Origin: an uncultured Actinomycetes bacterium
GTDB lineage: Bacteria; Actinomycetota; Thermoleophilia; RBG-16-64-13
Assembly (NCBI GenBank): GCA_963706025.1
Contig: CAVPLM010000011.1
Location: 32,001-96,000 of the forward strand
DNA length: 64,000 bases
Reading direction: 5' to 3'
Both the position numbers and the translations under genes were made by a program. Positions 54,348 to 64,000 of this stretch are shown piece by piece. Within the stretch, counting starts at the first letter, position 1. Each line of letters begins with the position of its first letter. The notes under the pieces are model-generated. The model saw nothing but the letters and a program-made list of their open reading frames with translations, was not told the origin of the DNA and searched no databases.

Positions 54348-55202
54348 CTAGAGCGGGTCCGCCGAGAACGTGTCCCCCAGGGAGAAATCCCCTGTCTCGT
54401 AACCCAGCTTGAACCAGCGGGAGCGTTGCTCCGACGTCCCGTGGGTGAAGGAGTCGGGCACCACGTAGCCCTGGGATCGCATCTGGATCCTGTCGTCGCC
54501 GATGGCGCTGGCGGCGTTCAGGGCCTCGTCGATATCCCCGGGCTCGAGGACCCCGATCACGTTCTGGGCATAATGGGCCCACATCCCGGCGAAGAAATCG
54601 GCCTGCAGCTCCAGCCGTACCGATAGATCGTTCGCCTCCTCCTCGCTCACCCGCTGCTGGGCGGCGGTCACCTGGTCCAGGATGCCCAACTGGTTCTGAA
54701 CGTGATGCCCCACTTCGTGGGCGATCACGTAGGCCTGAGCGAAATCACCGGGTGCCTGGAAACGATTGCTCAATTCCTCGAAGAAGCTGAGATCGATATA
54801 GACCCTCTCGTCGGCGGGAGAATAGAACGGCCCCGTGGCCGAGGTGGCGAACCCGGAACCGGTCTGCGTGCTATCCGAGAAGAGCACGAGGGCAGGCGCC
54901 TCGTAGACCCGGTTCAGTTCCGTGAACTGCTGGGCCCAGAGGTCCTCGGTGTCGGCCAGGACTACCGAGACGAACTGCTTCATCTCATCGTTGGCAGGCG
55001 CCACGGTGGACGCCGGTGAACCAGGTATCTGCGAGCCCTGGTTTTGCTCGAGGATCGTCCCTGGGTCGCCCCCCAGGAAGAGGACGACGAGGGCGATTAT
55101 CACCGCGCCGATGCCACCCCCGACTCCAAGTCCGACCTTGCCGCGGCTGACGCCGCGCCGGTCCTCAACGTTACTGCTTTGTCGCCTTCCGACCCAACGC
55201 AT
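54348..55202 (-). CDS. Neutral zinc metallopeptidase (YpfJ family)
   Basis: SSNVEDRRG, GPFYSPAD, AHEVGHHVQ, ELQADF, FTHGTSEQR. Confidence 0.93.
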   Translation of the reverse strand: MRWVGRRQSSNVEDRRGVSRGKVGLGVGGGIGAVIIALVVLFLGGDPGTILEQNQGSQIPGSPASTVAPANDEMKQFVSVVLADTEDLWAQQFTELNRVYEAPALVLFSDSTQTGSGFATSATGPFYSPADERVYIDLSFFEELSNRFQAPGDFAQAYVIAHEVGHHVQNQLGILDQVTAAQQRVSEEEANDLSVRLELQADFFAGMWAHYAQNVIGVLEPGDIDEALNAASAIGDDRIQMRSQGYVVPDSFTHGTSEQRSRWFKLGYETGDFSLGDTFSADPL

Positions 55203-55510
55203 GCGGTCCTCCTACCCGATGCCCGGGTCTCGCCGGTGCCGGGGTCGCGCTTCCTAACACCCAGATGATACCTTCGTCGGGCAGGAGCGAAACCGCGGAC
55301 GAAAGCGCGCCGCTTCCGCGAGAGCGGCTCTCGATGAGGGTCGCGATGAAGTCCGCCGAGAGACGGCAGCGGCAAGCCTTGTTGCTGCAGGCTCCAGGGG
55401 TTGATATTGTGGGCCTGCCTCGGGCGGACCGGGTCGTCGCCATCACGACGCCCCGCCGTCATAGCTTCGTCGCCGTCTGATCGACCGGCAATCGTCCTCG
55501 ACCCAGTGAG

Positions 55511-57064
55511 GTGACAGTGACCGTAACCGACACGGCCATCTCGAGCCCCGGCGCCCGGCGCGCGCTTGCCACACTGAGCGGCATCCTTTTTCTGACCTTC
55601 CTGGACACGACCATCATGAGCGTCGCGCTCCTGAATCTGCAGGAGACCCTTCACTCCACCGTCTCGCAGATGCAATGGATCGTCAACGCGTACGCGCTGA
55701 TGTTCGCCAGCCTCATGCTGGCCTTCGGCTCTTTGGGAGACCGTCTAGGTCGAAAGCGCGTCATGCTTGGAGGGGTGGTCGTCTTCATAGCGGGCTCCCT
55801 TCTTGGAGCCCTAGCTCCCAACACGGGAACGCTTATCGCCGCCCGAGGGATCATGGGCATCGGGGCGGCTGCCTGTGAGCCGGGTACGCTGTCCATCCTG
55901 CGCCAGCTCTATCCCGATCGCGCGGCGAGGGCCCGGGCTCTTGGGGCCTGGGCCGCCATCGCCGGGCTTGCCCTCGCGATGGGGCCGGTGATCGGCGGGA
56001 TCTTGGTGGGCCTCAGTGGCTGGCCGGCCATCTTCTGGTTCAACGTCGCCGCCGGGGTGCTGGCCCTCGTCGCCGCGCAACGCACGGTCCCGGAGAGCTC
56101 CGACCCCGAGAAGGGCCGTTTCGACTTCGCCGGGTTCATACTCGGACCGACCGCTCTCGCCACGATCGTCTTCGCCATCATCGTCGGTGAGACCGCAGGA
56201 TACGTGTCGGCCCCGGTCTTGGCCCTCTTCGCGATCGGCGCCGTCGCGGGGGGCCTGTTCGTATTTGTCGAGCAGCGCAGCCAGGCGCCCATGCTGAAAG
56301 TCGACTACTTCAAGAAACCCGCATTCTCGGGATCGTTGTTCGTCGCCTTCGCGGCGTACTTCGGAGTGTTCTCCATCTTCTTCTTGACCGCGCTCTACCT
56401 GCAGATCGTGATCGGTTACACGGCTTTACGCATCGCCACGCTGTTCGTCCCCATGGCGCTCGCGATGATCATAGCCTCGGCCTTCGCAGGCGCTTGGGTG
56501 GCCCGTTCCGGGCCTCGCCTGCCCGTCGCGGTCGGCTGTTTCGCCGCGGGGGTGGGCGTGTTGTTCACCGAACTGGCCCTGGCCGGCGAGGTCACCTTCA
56601 CGCCCCTCATCCTGTCCCTCACTCTGACCGGCGCGGGCTTCGGCATCGCCGTGGTGCCGATCACCTCTGTGGCGCTGTCGGTGATCCCGGCCAGGCACTC
56701 GGGCATGGCGGCCTCCGCCACCACTACCAGCCGTGAGGTCGGTACCGTCATCGGGGTGGCGGCGCTCGGGTCGCTCTTCAACACCAGGCTGATCGACTTC
56801 CTCACCGAGCGCCTCATCCAACTGGAGGTGCCCCCGGAGTTCCGCGATATCGTGATCGACGCCGTCCTGACCGGGCAGTTCGCCACCGGCGCCGAAGAAG
56901 CGGAAAGAATATACGGCCCCATCGTCGCCAAGGTGGTCGACGCCTCGTACGATGCCGTCCGAAGCGGGGTGAGTTTCGCGCTCCTGGTGGCCGGCTGTGT
57001 GATCCTCTTATCGGGGCTGGTAGCCTGGCTTACCTTCTCCCCGCGGCGAATGGAATTGGAGTGA
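55511..57064 (+). CDS. MFS drug:H+ antiporter (DHA2, 14-TM)
   Basis: LDTTIMSVAL, GSLGDRLGRKR, GPVIGG, WPAIFWFN. Confidence 0.92.
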   Translation: MTVTVTDTAISSPGARRALATLSGILFLTFLDTTIMSVALLNLQETLHSTVSQMQWIVNAYALMFASLMLAFGSLGDRLGRKRVMLGGVVVFIAGSLLGALAPNTGTLIAARGIMGIGAAACEPGTLSILRQLYPDRAARARALGAWAAIAGLALAMGPVIGGILVGLSGWPAIFWFNVAAGVLALVAAQRTVPESSDPEKGRFDFAGFILGPTALATIVFAIIVGETAGYVSAPVLALFAIGAVAGGLFVFVEQRSQAPMLKVDYFKKPAFSGSLFVAFAAYFGVFSIFFLTALYLQIVIGYTALRIATLFVPMALAMIIASAFAGAWVARSGPRLPVAVGCFAAGVGVLFTELALAGEVTFTPLILSLTLTGAGFGIAVVPITSVALSVIPARHSGMAASATTTSREVGTVIGVAALGSLFNTRLIDFLTERLIQLEVPPEFRDIVIDAVLTGQFATGAEEAERIYGPIVAKVVDASYDAVRSGVSFALLVAGCVILLSGLVAWLTFSPRRMELE

Positions 57065-57104
57065 TGGGCAGCAGCTGCAGCAACGGGCGGCACAGACCCG
57101 AGCG

Positions 57105-58865
57105 GTGAGCGCAGCCCCGAAGCCAGAGCCGGCGCCGGGACCGCCTGCCGGACCCACAAGCGTATGGAAATGGCTGCCGGGGCTACAGACCGCCCGGACG
57201 TACGAGCTTGGCTACCTGCGCAACGACCTCGTGGCAGGCCTCGTGTTGTCGGCGCTGCTGGTGCCGGCGGGCATGGGCTACGCGGAGGCTTCTGGTCTGC
57301 CCGCCATCTATGGGCTCTATGCGACCATCGTGCCGTTGCTCGCGTACGCCCTCTTCGGCCCGTCGCGCATCCTGGTGCTGGGTCCCGATTCCTCCCTCGC
57401 TCCCCTTATCGCGGCCGCCATAATCCCGCTGGCGGCGGGAGACGAGGCCCGAGCCGTCGCGCTCGCCGGCGCCCTCGCCCTGTTCACCGGCCTGGTATGC
57501 ATCGTGGCCGGACTGGCCCGTTTCGGCTTCATCGCCGACCTACTCTCGAAGCCCGTGCGCTACGGCTACATCAACGGCATCGCCCTCACGGTGCTGGTCG
57601 GGCAATTGCCGAAGTTGTTCGGCTTCTCGGTGGAGTCCGATCAGCTGCCCGGGCGGATCGGAGAGTTCATCCAGGGCCTACTGCAGGGCGAGAGCAACAC
57701 CGCGGCTACGCTCATCGGCTTGGCCAGCCTGGCCGTCATCCTGGCCTGCAGGCGATGGGCCCCCCGCGCCCCAGGCGTCCTCATCGCAGTCGCGCTCTCG
57801 ACCGTGGCCGTAGGCGCGCTCGAACTCGCCGAGTCGGGCGTGTCGGTGGTCGGGGAGATACCCGCCGGCCTGCCCGCGTTCCAGCTCCCTTCGATCGGCC
57901 TCTCCGACGTGGGCCCGTTGCTTGCGGCCGCCCTGGGTATTTTCCTGGTCGCGTTCGCCGACACCAGTGTGCTATCCCGAACGTTCGCCATCCGCGGCGG
58001 TTACCGAGTAGACCCAGACCGAGAGGTCATCGGGCTGGGGGTGGCCAACGCCGCAGCCGGACTCTTCCAGGGCTTCCCGGTCAGCAGCAGCTCCTCGCGT
58101 ACACCGGTGGCCGAGTCGGCTGGTGCGAAGACCCAGATGACCGGCGTGGTCGGTGCGGCGGTCATCGCGGTGCTGCTGTTGTTCGCCCCCACCCTGCTCA
58201 AGAACCTGCCCACGGCCGCTCTGGCGGCCGTGGTCATATCAGCGGCGATCAGCATAGCCGAGATCGCCGGGGTGCGGAGGCTCTATCGAGAACGTCGCTC
58301 GGAGTTCATCCTGTCGATAGTGACCTTTCTGGCGGTGGCTCTGCTCGGCGTCCTGCCGGGCATGGCGGTGGCGGTTGTCCTCTCGCTTCTCAACTTCGTG
58401 CGCCGGGCCTGGCGCCCGCACGACGCCGTCCTCGGGGCGGCGGAGGGCGTTGCGGGCTTCCACGATGTGACCCGCTACACCGGCGCGCGCCAGATCCCGG
58501 GCCTGCTCATCTACCGGTTCGACGCCCCCCTCTTCTTCGCCAATGCCGAACGGTTCGGAGAGAGGGTCCGCGAGATCACAGCGGCCTCGGACACCCCGGT
58601 CCGGTGGGTGGTCGTCGAGGCCGAACCGATCACCGATGTCGACACCACGGCTGCCGACATGCTGCTGGAGTTGCACAAGGATCTGGAGGCCAGCGGGGTG
58701 TGCCTGGCATTCGCCGAGCTCAAGGACCCGGTCAAAGACCGGCTCAACCGTTACGGGCTCACCGACCGCATCGGCCACCAGCACTTCTTCCCCACCATAG
58801 ACGTGGCCGTCGAGACCTACCTCAGGGAAGCCGCGAGGCAGCGGGTAGACGAGCCCCAGGGCTAA
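57105..58865 (+). CDS. SulP family anion transporter with STAS domain
   Basis: DLVAG, PAGMGYA, GLYA, SSSRT, YRFDAPLFFAN, DVDTT. Confidence 0.93.
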   Translation: MSAAPKPEPAPGPPAGPTSVWKWLPGLQTARTYELGYLRNDLVAGLVLSALLVPAGMGYAEASGLPAIYGLYATIVPLLAYALFGPSRILVLGPDSSLAPLIAAAIIPLAAGDEARAVALAGALALFTGLVCIVAGLARFGFIADLLSKPVRYGYINGIALTVLVGQLPKLFGFSVESDQLPGRIGEFIQGLLQGESNTAATLIGLASLAVILACRRWAPRAPGVLIAVALSTVAVGALELAESGVSVVGEIPAGLPAFQLPSIGLSDVGPLLAAALGIFLVAFADTSVLSRTFAIRGGYRVDPDREVIGLGVANAAAGLFQGFPVSSSSSRTPVAESAGAKTQMTGVVGAAVIAVLLLFAPTLLKNLPTAALAAVVISAAISIAEIAGVRRLYRERRSEFILSIVTFLAVALLGVLPGMAVAVVLSLLNFVRRAWRPHDAVLGAAEGVAGFHDVTRYTGARQIPGLLIYRFDAPLFFANAERFGERVREITAASDTPVRWVVVEAEPITDVDTTAADMLLELHKDLEASGVCLAFAELKDPVKDRLNRYGLTDRIGHQHFFPTIDVAVETYLREAARQRVDEPQG

Positions 58866-58937
58866 CGGGACAGGCGCCGTCGCACGGGACTGGGCGAGGC
58901 TCCCGTCCGATCATCTCGGTAGAGACGCTAAATCACT

Positions 58938-59960
58938 TCACGCGTCAAGTCTCAGAAGCGTCGTGACGTTACCTGCGAATATCATCTGCTTTTCTGCGTC
59001 AGGGATATCCATCGCCTCGATAGCGCTGATAGTTTGGGAATAACTTCTCATACCAAACGTGGCATCTCCCAATGGCATGTCTGCTCCGAACAGGAGATGC
59101 TCGGCTCCCCAGAAACTATACGCCAACATTAGGGCAGGAGTATTACCGTGAATAGCGGTATCGTTGTAAAACATCTTGTAGTATTCGATGGGAGGCTTTT
59201 TCAAACCCTGCAAGTAGTCCCCATAGTCGTGATATTTCGAACCTAGCTGACCATAATGTTGTACTATTCTTTGCTCAAAGAACGAAACCATTCCCCCACC
59301 GTGGTGTGTGACCAGCTTCAACTCGGGGAATCTCTCGAAAAGCCCACTGAACACGATACGTGTCATCGCGGCCGTCGTCTCATACGGCCAACCGAACGTG
59401 CTGGCGATGGCGTACTTGGATTCGGTCTCACCTGGATATTCTGGATAGTCGTTGCCCCGCCAAGGATGGATGTATATCGGTAGGTCGTAGGCCGCCATCT
59501 TCTCGAACAACGGCAGGAATTCAGGTGCGTCCAGGGGTCTACCGTTGATATTGCTATGCACATAGATCCCCTTGAATCCCAGCTCTTTGATCGCCCGGTC
59601 GCTCTCTTCTATCGCCGCCTCGACGTCATTCATCGGAAGAAGCGCGATCGCAGCCACAAACCTTTCGGGGTATTTGCTCACCAATTCGGCCATCTCATCG
59701 TTAGCCAATCTGGCCAACTCCACTGCTCGTCCGGGATCCGCGAAGACCTCGAGGGGTGGGACCGGCCCAACGGTCAACACCTGGGCAATGGGTCCGAAGG
59801 CGTCCATCACCTTGAATCTCGCCTCCATGTCGAAAAGAGGCGGAGTACGCCCCAATATCTGCTTGTAGAATCCGGGAAACTCCCTCCGAAGGGCCTCCGT
59901 GTACTTCGGCGGAGAGATGTGAGAATACCCGTCGATCTTCACTGCAGCCGTATCGCTCAT
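58938..59960 (-). CDS. Amidohydrolase-2 family protein (aromatic decarboxylase/hydrolase-like), lower GC
   Basis: IDGYSH, IYIHP, HHGGG, LFGADMP. Confidence 0.9.
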   Translation of the reverse strand: MSDTAAVKIDGYSHISPPKYTEALRREFPGFYKQILGRTPPLFDMEARFKVMDAFGPIAQVLTVGPVPPLEVFADPGRAVELARLANDEMAELVSKYPERFVAAIALLPMNDVEAAIEESDRAIKELGFKGIYVHSNINGRPLDAPEFLPLFEKMAAYDLPIYIHPWRGNDYPEYPGETESKYAIASTFGWPYETTAAMTRIVFSGLFERFPELKLVTHHGGGMVSFFEQRIVQHYGQLGSKYHDYGDYLQGLKKPPIEYYKMFYNDTAIHGNTPALMLAYSFWGAEHLLFGADMPLGDATFGMRSYSQTISAIEAMDIPDAEKQMIFAGNVTTLLRLDA

Positions 59961-60115
59961 CGCCGAATCCCCCCAAGTCATCCTGATTCGTTCCGGACGC
60001 CGTCGGCGCGCCCTGCCTTGCTCTCGGCAGCGGAGGCACACCAACGGAGGCATACGAATAGTACTGGAAGAAAGGACCCCGCGTGACCGGCTTCAGCAAG
60101 GGGCGCCGCGCCGGC

Positions 60116-61186
60116 CTATGCCAGGACGAAAGCCATGCCTTGAGTGTAGAAGTGATCCCCGGCGGCATTCCGCCCCGTCATGGGCTGGGTGACCCGCACC
60201 TCCTGGATCACCCGCACGGGACCGGCAGCCGCGAGTGAGCGGACGACATAGTCGCGCTCGGCATCGATATCCGGATCGATGTGGTGGATGGGCAAGGGGA
60301 AGAGGCGCCCCATCCCCACTCCTGCGTCGTAGGAGGCCGTGGCCGCCCACACCTGCGTGCCTTCACAGGTGAAGTCGGTGAGCCACCAGCGGGCATGATG
60401 CCGACGGCGTGAGGAGCCTCCCTCATCGGTCCTCTGAAAAGCCACGTCGTGCAGCTTCCCCTCGAGAAAGACGGGGAGCACAGGGGCGCAAGGATAGGGT
60501 CGGTTGAGCACCCCGCAGGCGAATGCGCGCAGGGCGCTGCGCGGGGTGATCCGGTCGGCCGCACACCACCCGGCCGCCGCGAACACCTCGAGCAGATCGG
60601 CGCCACTGCCCAGGAAGATCAGGCTCACCGGAGCCTGCGTGGCCCCACTCATCTTTGCCGAAAACCGCGGAAGCAGGCCGAGATGATCGTGGTGGATGCC
60701 AAGACGCCCCGCGCCACGCGTGACCGGCCAGAGCGGCCGCGGCACGTGCGCGACCTTGATGGCGGCATGAACCGCGTCGGCCTGCGCTCCTCTCAGGAAG
60801 ACTCCCACCGCGACACACGATGCCCCGAAGGTCATGACGGCTCTGACCAGTCGCGTCCGAGGGACCTTCTCGGCCTTGTTGATAGTCTCGTGGGCCCAGG
60901 TGAGAAAGAGCACCGAGAGAAGCGCGATGGCCAACCCCGACAGGAACAGCATCTGCCGGCCTTCTGCATCGCTGAGTGCCGCCCGCAGGCCGGGATAGGC
61001 AGCGGCCAAGGCGCCAAGCATGGCGAAACGAGCCAACCAGATGGGCCAACGCCGAACGGCGACCGGCTCGAGACCCGCCTGCGCTCGCACCGGAGTCGGC
61101 TTGGTGGTCAGAATATGCAAAAGCCCCTGAGCGGGGCTGGGGATGAGTTTTTGGCACAGGACTCCTTGTCGGAGCAAGGATACCAT
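60116..61186 (-). CDS. LssY C-terminal domain membrane protein (start uncertain)
   Basis: AAAGW, YPCAPV, RHHARWW, ASYDAG, HHIDPDIDAERD, GDHFYTQG. Confidence 0.78.
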   Translation of the reverse strand: MVSLLRQGVLCQKLIPSPAQGLLHILTTKPTPVRAQAGLEPVAVRRWPIWLARFAMLGALAAAYPGLRAALSDAEGRQMLFLSGLAIALLSVLFLTWAHETINKAEKVPRTRLVRAVMTFGASCVAVGVFLRGAQADAVHAAIKVAHVPRPLWPVTRGAGRLGIHHDHLGLLPRFSAKMSGATQAPVSLIFLGSGADLLEVFAAAGWCAADRITPRSALRAFACGVLNRPYPCAPVLPVFLEGKLHDVAFQRTDEGGSSRRRHHARWWLTDFTCEGTQVWAATASYDAGVGMGRLFPLPIHHIDPDIDAERDYVVRSLAAAGPVRVIQEVRVTQPMTGRNAAGDHFYTQGMAFVLA

Positions 61187-61320
61187 CCAGGGACCACCCG
61201 CGGTAGCAGGATGGTCCCCGCACGGCAGGCTCCCGTCGGCGAGTGGAAGCCCGATCGAGCCCGCCGAGTGCCCGCGTCGGCCTCTCAGTCTAGGTCCTCA
61301 GCTATCACCAGACGTGCAGA

Positions 61321-62847
61321 TCAAGGGCGCCAGGCAGAACCGTCCCACCAGGTGTGTAAGAGGCCGTTGTCGGTCCCGCGCGCGAAGACATGGATGCGGT
61401 CAGGCGCCAAGGAGACGGCGTCGGGATCGGAGGTGATGACCCCGCCCAGGTTCTCCCAGCTTGACCAGGTTCCGCCGCTATATGACTTGTGCCACAGGGA
61501 ATACGGCCGGACCGCGCACGAACACGTCGAGGCGGCCGATCGCCCCAAGAAGCCGCTCCCGGACCGGAGGAGAGGATTCCGCCCAGGTTCTCCCACTCTG
61601 ACCAAGCGCTGCCGTTCCACGACATGTGCAGAGAGGCCGTTGTCGGTCCCGCGCGCGAAGACATCGATACGGTCGGGCCCCCAGGAAACGGCGGCGGGAT
61701 CGGAGGTCAAGACTCCGCCCAGGTTCTCCCAGCCGGACCAGGACCAGTTGCTCGAAGATTCGCTGGTGCCGCTGCCGATGTTATGCCACAGGGCATTGTC
61801 GGTTCCGCGCGCGAACACGTCGACGCGGGTGGTGGTCATCATGGCCACCGCCGGGCCGGAGGTGAACGTCCCCCCCAGACTGTGAGACGCCGACCAGTTG
61901 TTCTTCCACCCCTTGTACCAGATGGCATTGTCGGTGCCGCGCCAGAAGACACCGCCCCAGACGGGACCTCGGGCCGCGGTCGCAGGATCGGAGTTGAGGA
62001 CTTCTCCAACACTGGATCCCACGTGGTACCAGGTTCCGTCCTCCTGCCTCCGTCAACCAAAGGGCATCGTCGGCACCGCGGGCGAACAAGATGAGCGCGC
62101 CGCTACCCTCGGCCGGTTGTGCTCGCACACTCCCGGACCGGAGGTGAACTCTCCGCCCAGGTTCTCGAAGTGCCCGGGACCTCCGCCCTGCAAAAAGATG
62201 AGGTTGTAGAGCAGTTGGGCGCATTCCCCCCGGCTGGCGTTGGCATATGCGTTCCAGCTGTAGGAGAGGCCGTCCAGGCCGTCCAGCAGGTGATTGAACT
62301 CGGCCTTCCTGATGTTGGCCCCATGGGTGGAGTCGGAATAGTTGAGAACCCCTACCCAATCAGCCGGGGGAGTCTCAAGATCAGCCCCACCGGCTCTCAC
62401 CACCATGGTTATCACTTGTTGCCGGGTGATCTGGTTGAAGGGCCGGAAGGTATTGTCTGGATAGCCCGTGGTGAGACCGGTTCGCGCCGCGACCGCGATG
62501 TAGTTATCAGGGTAGAGCGGATCCACGGAGTCGGCGGGCAAGACATCCTTGAAGGTGCAGACGTCGGCTTCTGTCGTCTGGAAGCCCATGGTAAGGACGA
62601 TCATCTTGGCGAACTGCTGCCGCTTGACCAGATCCTCCGGTCCGAAGTTGCCGTTCGCATATCCGCCGATGATGCTCCGCGCGGAGAGCTCGGTGATGGC
62701 CGATGCGTAAGGGTGGTTGGAAGGAACGTCAGGAAAGGCAGAAGCAGCAGAGGCAGGCAGGGCAAGAACGAAGCCCATCCCGAGCAGGAGTACTATCAGC
62801 GCCATTCGCAGTCTGAGCGGCGACACGGGGCTTGGCGTGGCTCTCAT
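61321..62847 (-). CDS. Secreted S-layer homology (SLH) protein with lectin-like (PLL/DUF346-type) beta-propeller repeats, frame broken
   Basis: Signal peptide, FPDV..IIGGY..FGP..KRQQFA SLH; repeats WENLGG..S.PAAVSW..RIDVFARGTDN. Confidence 0.85.
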
Positions 62848-63149
62848 GGAACGCACCTCCTCCTCGGGCAGGATCGATGCCCGCACGGGGCGATGCGCCG
62901 GTGTCAACTCCAGCGAAGCCCCGTCTCCAAGGTTTCCCCGAGCTATGAATGGGGGGAGTTCCTCACTCCCCGTATAGGTTCAGTATAGGCCGGTTCCACT
63001 CTGGGTCAATCGAAACGGATGTCGATAGGTCGAGCCGTAGGAAGAGGATCCTGGTATCCGGTGTCTTCCCGTCCGTCCGCGTCCGTTCCTTATCGTCGAC
63101 TTTGCCCCCGACTTGCCCCCGAACTAGCCCGAAATGCCCGAAAACCGGG
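62845..63149 (-). promoter_or_regulatory. Conserved ~300-bp upstream module copy 2
   Basis: Reverse-complement homologue of 40200-40504; TTGACC-16-TATACT at 63009-62982. Confidence 0.8.
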
Positions 63150-63211
63150 CATTCTGGGGTGGGACCATTCGCCCCCATTGCGCGTGAACTCGCCGCGGAC
63201 AATCCGTCGAA

Positions 63212-63239
63212 TTGACAGCGTATTGGGCCAGCCTATACT
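63212..63239 (+). promoter_or_regulatory. Sigma70-type promoter
   Basis: TTGACA-16 bp-TATACT before gene at 63318. Confidence 0.65.
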
Positions 63240-63317
63240 TAGCCTAGGCGAGATAGAGCCTTCTCGTGGCCTCTGCCGAGCGACGCACTGTATCTCCAGT
63301 TTGGGAGGAGGTCGAAC

Positions 63318-64000
63318 GTGAAGCGGGCTAGAGTTGTCACACTGCTTGTGGCGATCGCACTAGTGCTCCTGGGTGCCGGCGCCACGCTAGCTGCATCTGA
63401 GACCTTCATCATCGTTCAGATCACCGTCAACACCGTCACCGACCACCCTCCGAAGGTTTCAGGGGACCGCATAGTATGGACCGCCGCTCAAGGGGCGGAT
63501 GGGGGATCTGACTGGGAAGTCTTCACCTGTACTCCGGCGACCGGCACTGTACAGCTGACCGAGAACAGCGACACGGATACCTACGAAGAGGTCTCGGGAG
63601 ACCGAGTCGTCTGGTGCGGCAAGGGAGGAACCGATGGCGGCACCGATGATGAGATCTTCACCTGGACTCCAGCGACCGGCATCGTTCAGCTGACGACCAA
63701 TGACGACGATGACTTCGATCCGAAGCTCTCTGGAGACCGGATCGTGTGGTGTGTCAAGGAGGCTGACGGTTATGGCGATATCCTCACCTGGACCCCCCAG
63801 GGCGGCACGGTTTGGATCACCGGAAGCAAAGAACTGGGAGACCACAATCCGGCCGTCTCCGGCGACCGCGTGGTGTGGGAGGGGCAGGCCGGCCCCGGGG
63901 ACATGAAGGATAGGGAGATTTACACCTGGACACCCGGCGGTGGCGTAGTCCGCATTACCAGAAACGGCACTGACGACATCTTCGCCAGTGTCTCCGGCGA
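63318..64000 (+). CDS. Secreted beta-propeller repeat surface protein, runs off window edge
   Basis: Not in ORF track; GGGAGGAGG-GTG, signal peptide MKRARVVTLLVAIALV, repeats VSGDRVVW..EIFTWTP..VQLT. Confidence 0.82.
   Translation, partial: MKRARVVTLLVAIALVLLGAGATLAASETFIIVQITVNTVTDHPPKVSGDRIVWTAAQGADGGSDWEVFTCTPATGTVQLTENSDTDTYEEVSGDRVVWCGKGGTDGGTDDEIFTWTPATGIVQLTTNDDDDFDPKLSGDRIVWCVKEADGYGDILTWTPQGGTVWITGSKELGDHNPAVSGDRVVWEGQAGPGDMKDREIYTWTPGGGVVRITRNGTDDIFASVSG

Overview
High-GC bacterial window. The lineage is inferred to be an anaerobic Actinomycetota, Thermoleophilia-like, from the SLH and LCP proteins, an actinobacterial-type Zur box and Fe-S/flavin redox genes. About 20 genes carry 1-2 bp frame breaks, including housekeeping genes (glgP, queC, a two-component pair), which looks like long-read assembly indel error; CDS coordinates below are repaired across these breaks. 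Left to right: a flavin-reductase/phloretin-hydrolase-like operon (1-6 kb); DUF296, LCP and two-component genes; a NuoF-FeS/GltD fusion, HIT, MFS, HD-GYP, glgP, Rrf2 and a flavone-reductase (Flr)-like gene; a PfkB-like/AAA+/RyR protein and UspA; an accessory island (31.4-44.6 kb); GH3, zur-znuA, queFCDE, transporters, an amidohydrolase and surface beta-propeller genes. The standout is the island: four paralogous genes encoding cytoplasmic TIR (catalytic Glu retained) - single TM - extracellular Kelch beta-propeller with hypervariable loops, i.e. Toll-like-receptor topology, arranged as two divergent pairs of two subtypes. The cluster is marked by a foreign DUF296 allele fragment, a decayed tRNA-Phe and tRNA-Ser att-like repeats. 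A second notable signal is a ~300-bp non-coding module (arm-type-like repeats + promoter + structured leader) present twice in inverted orientation, each time before an exported-protein gene.
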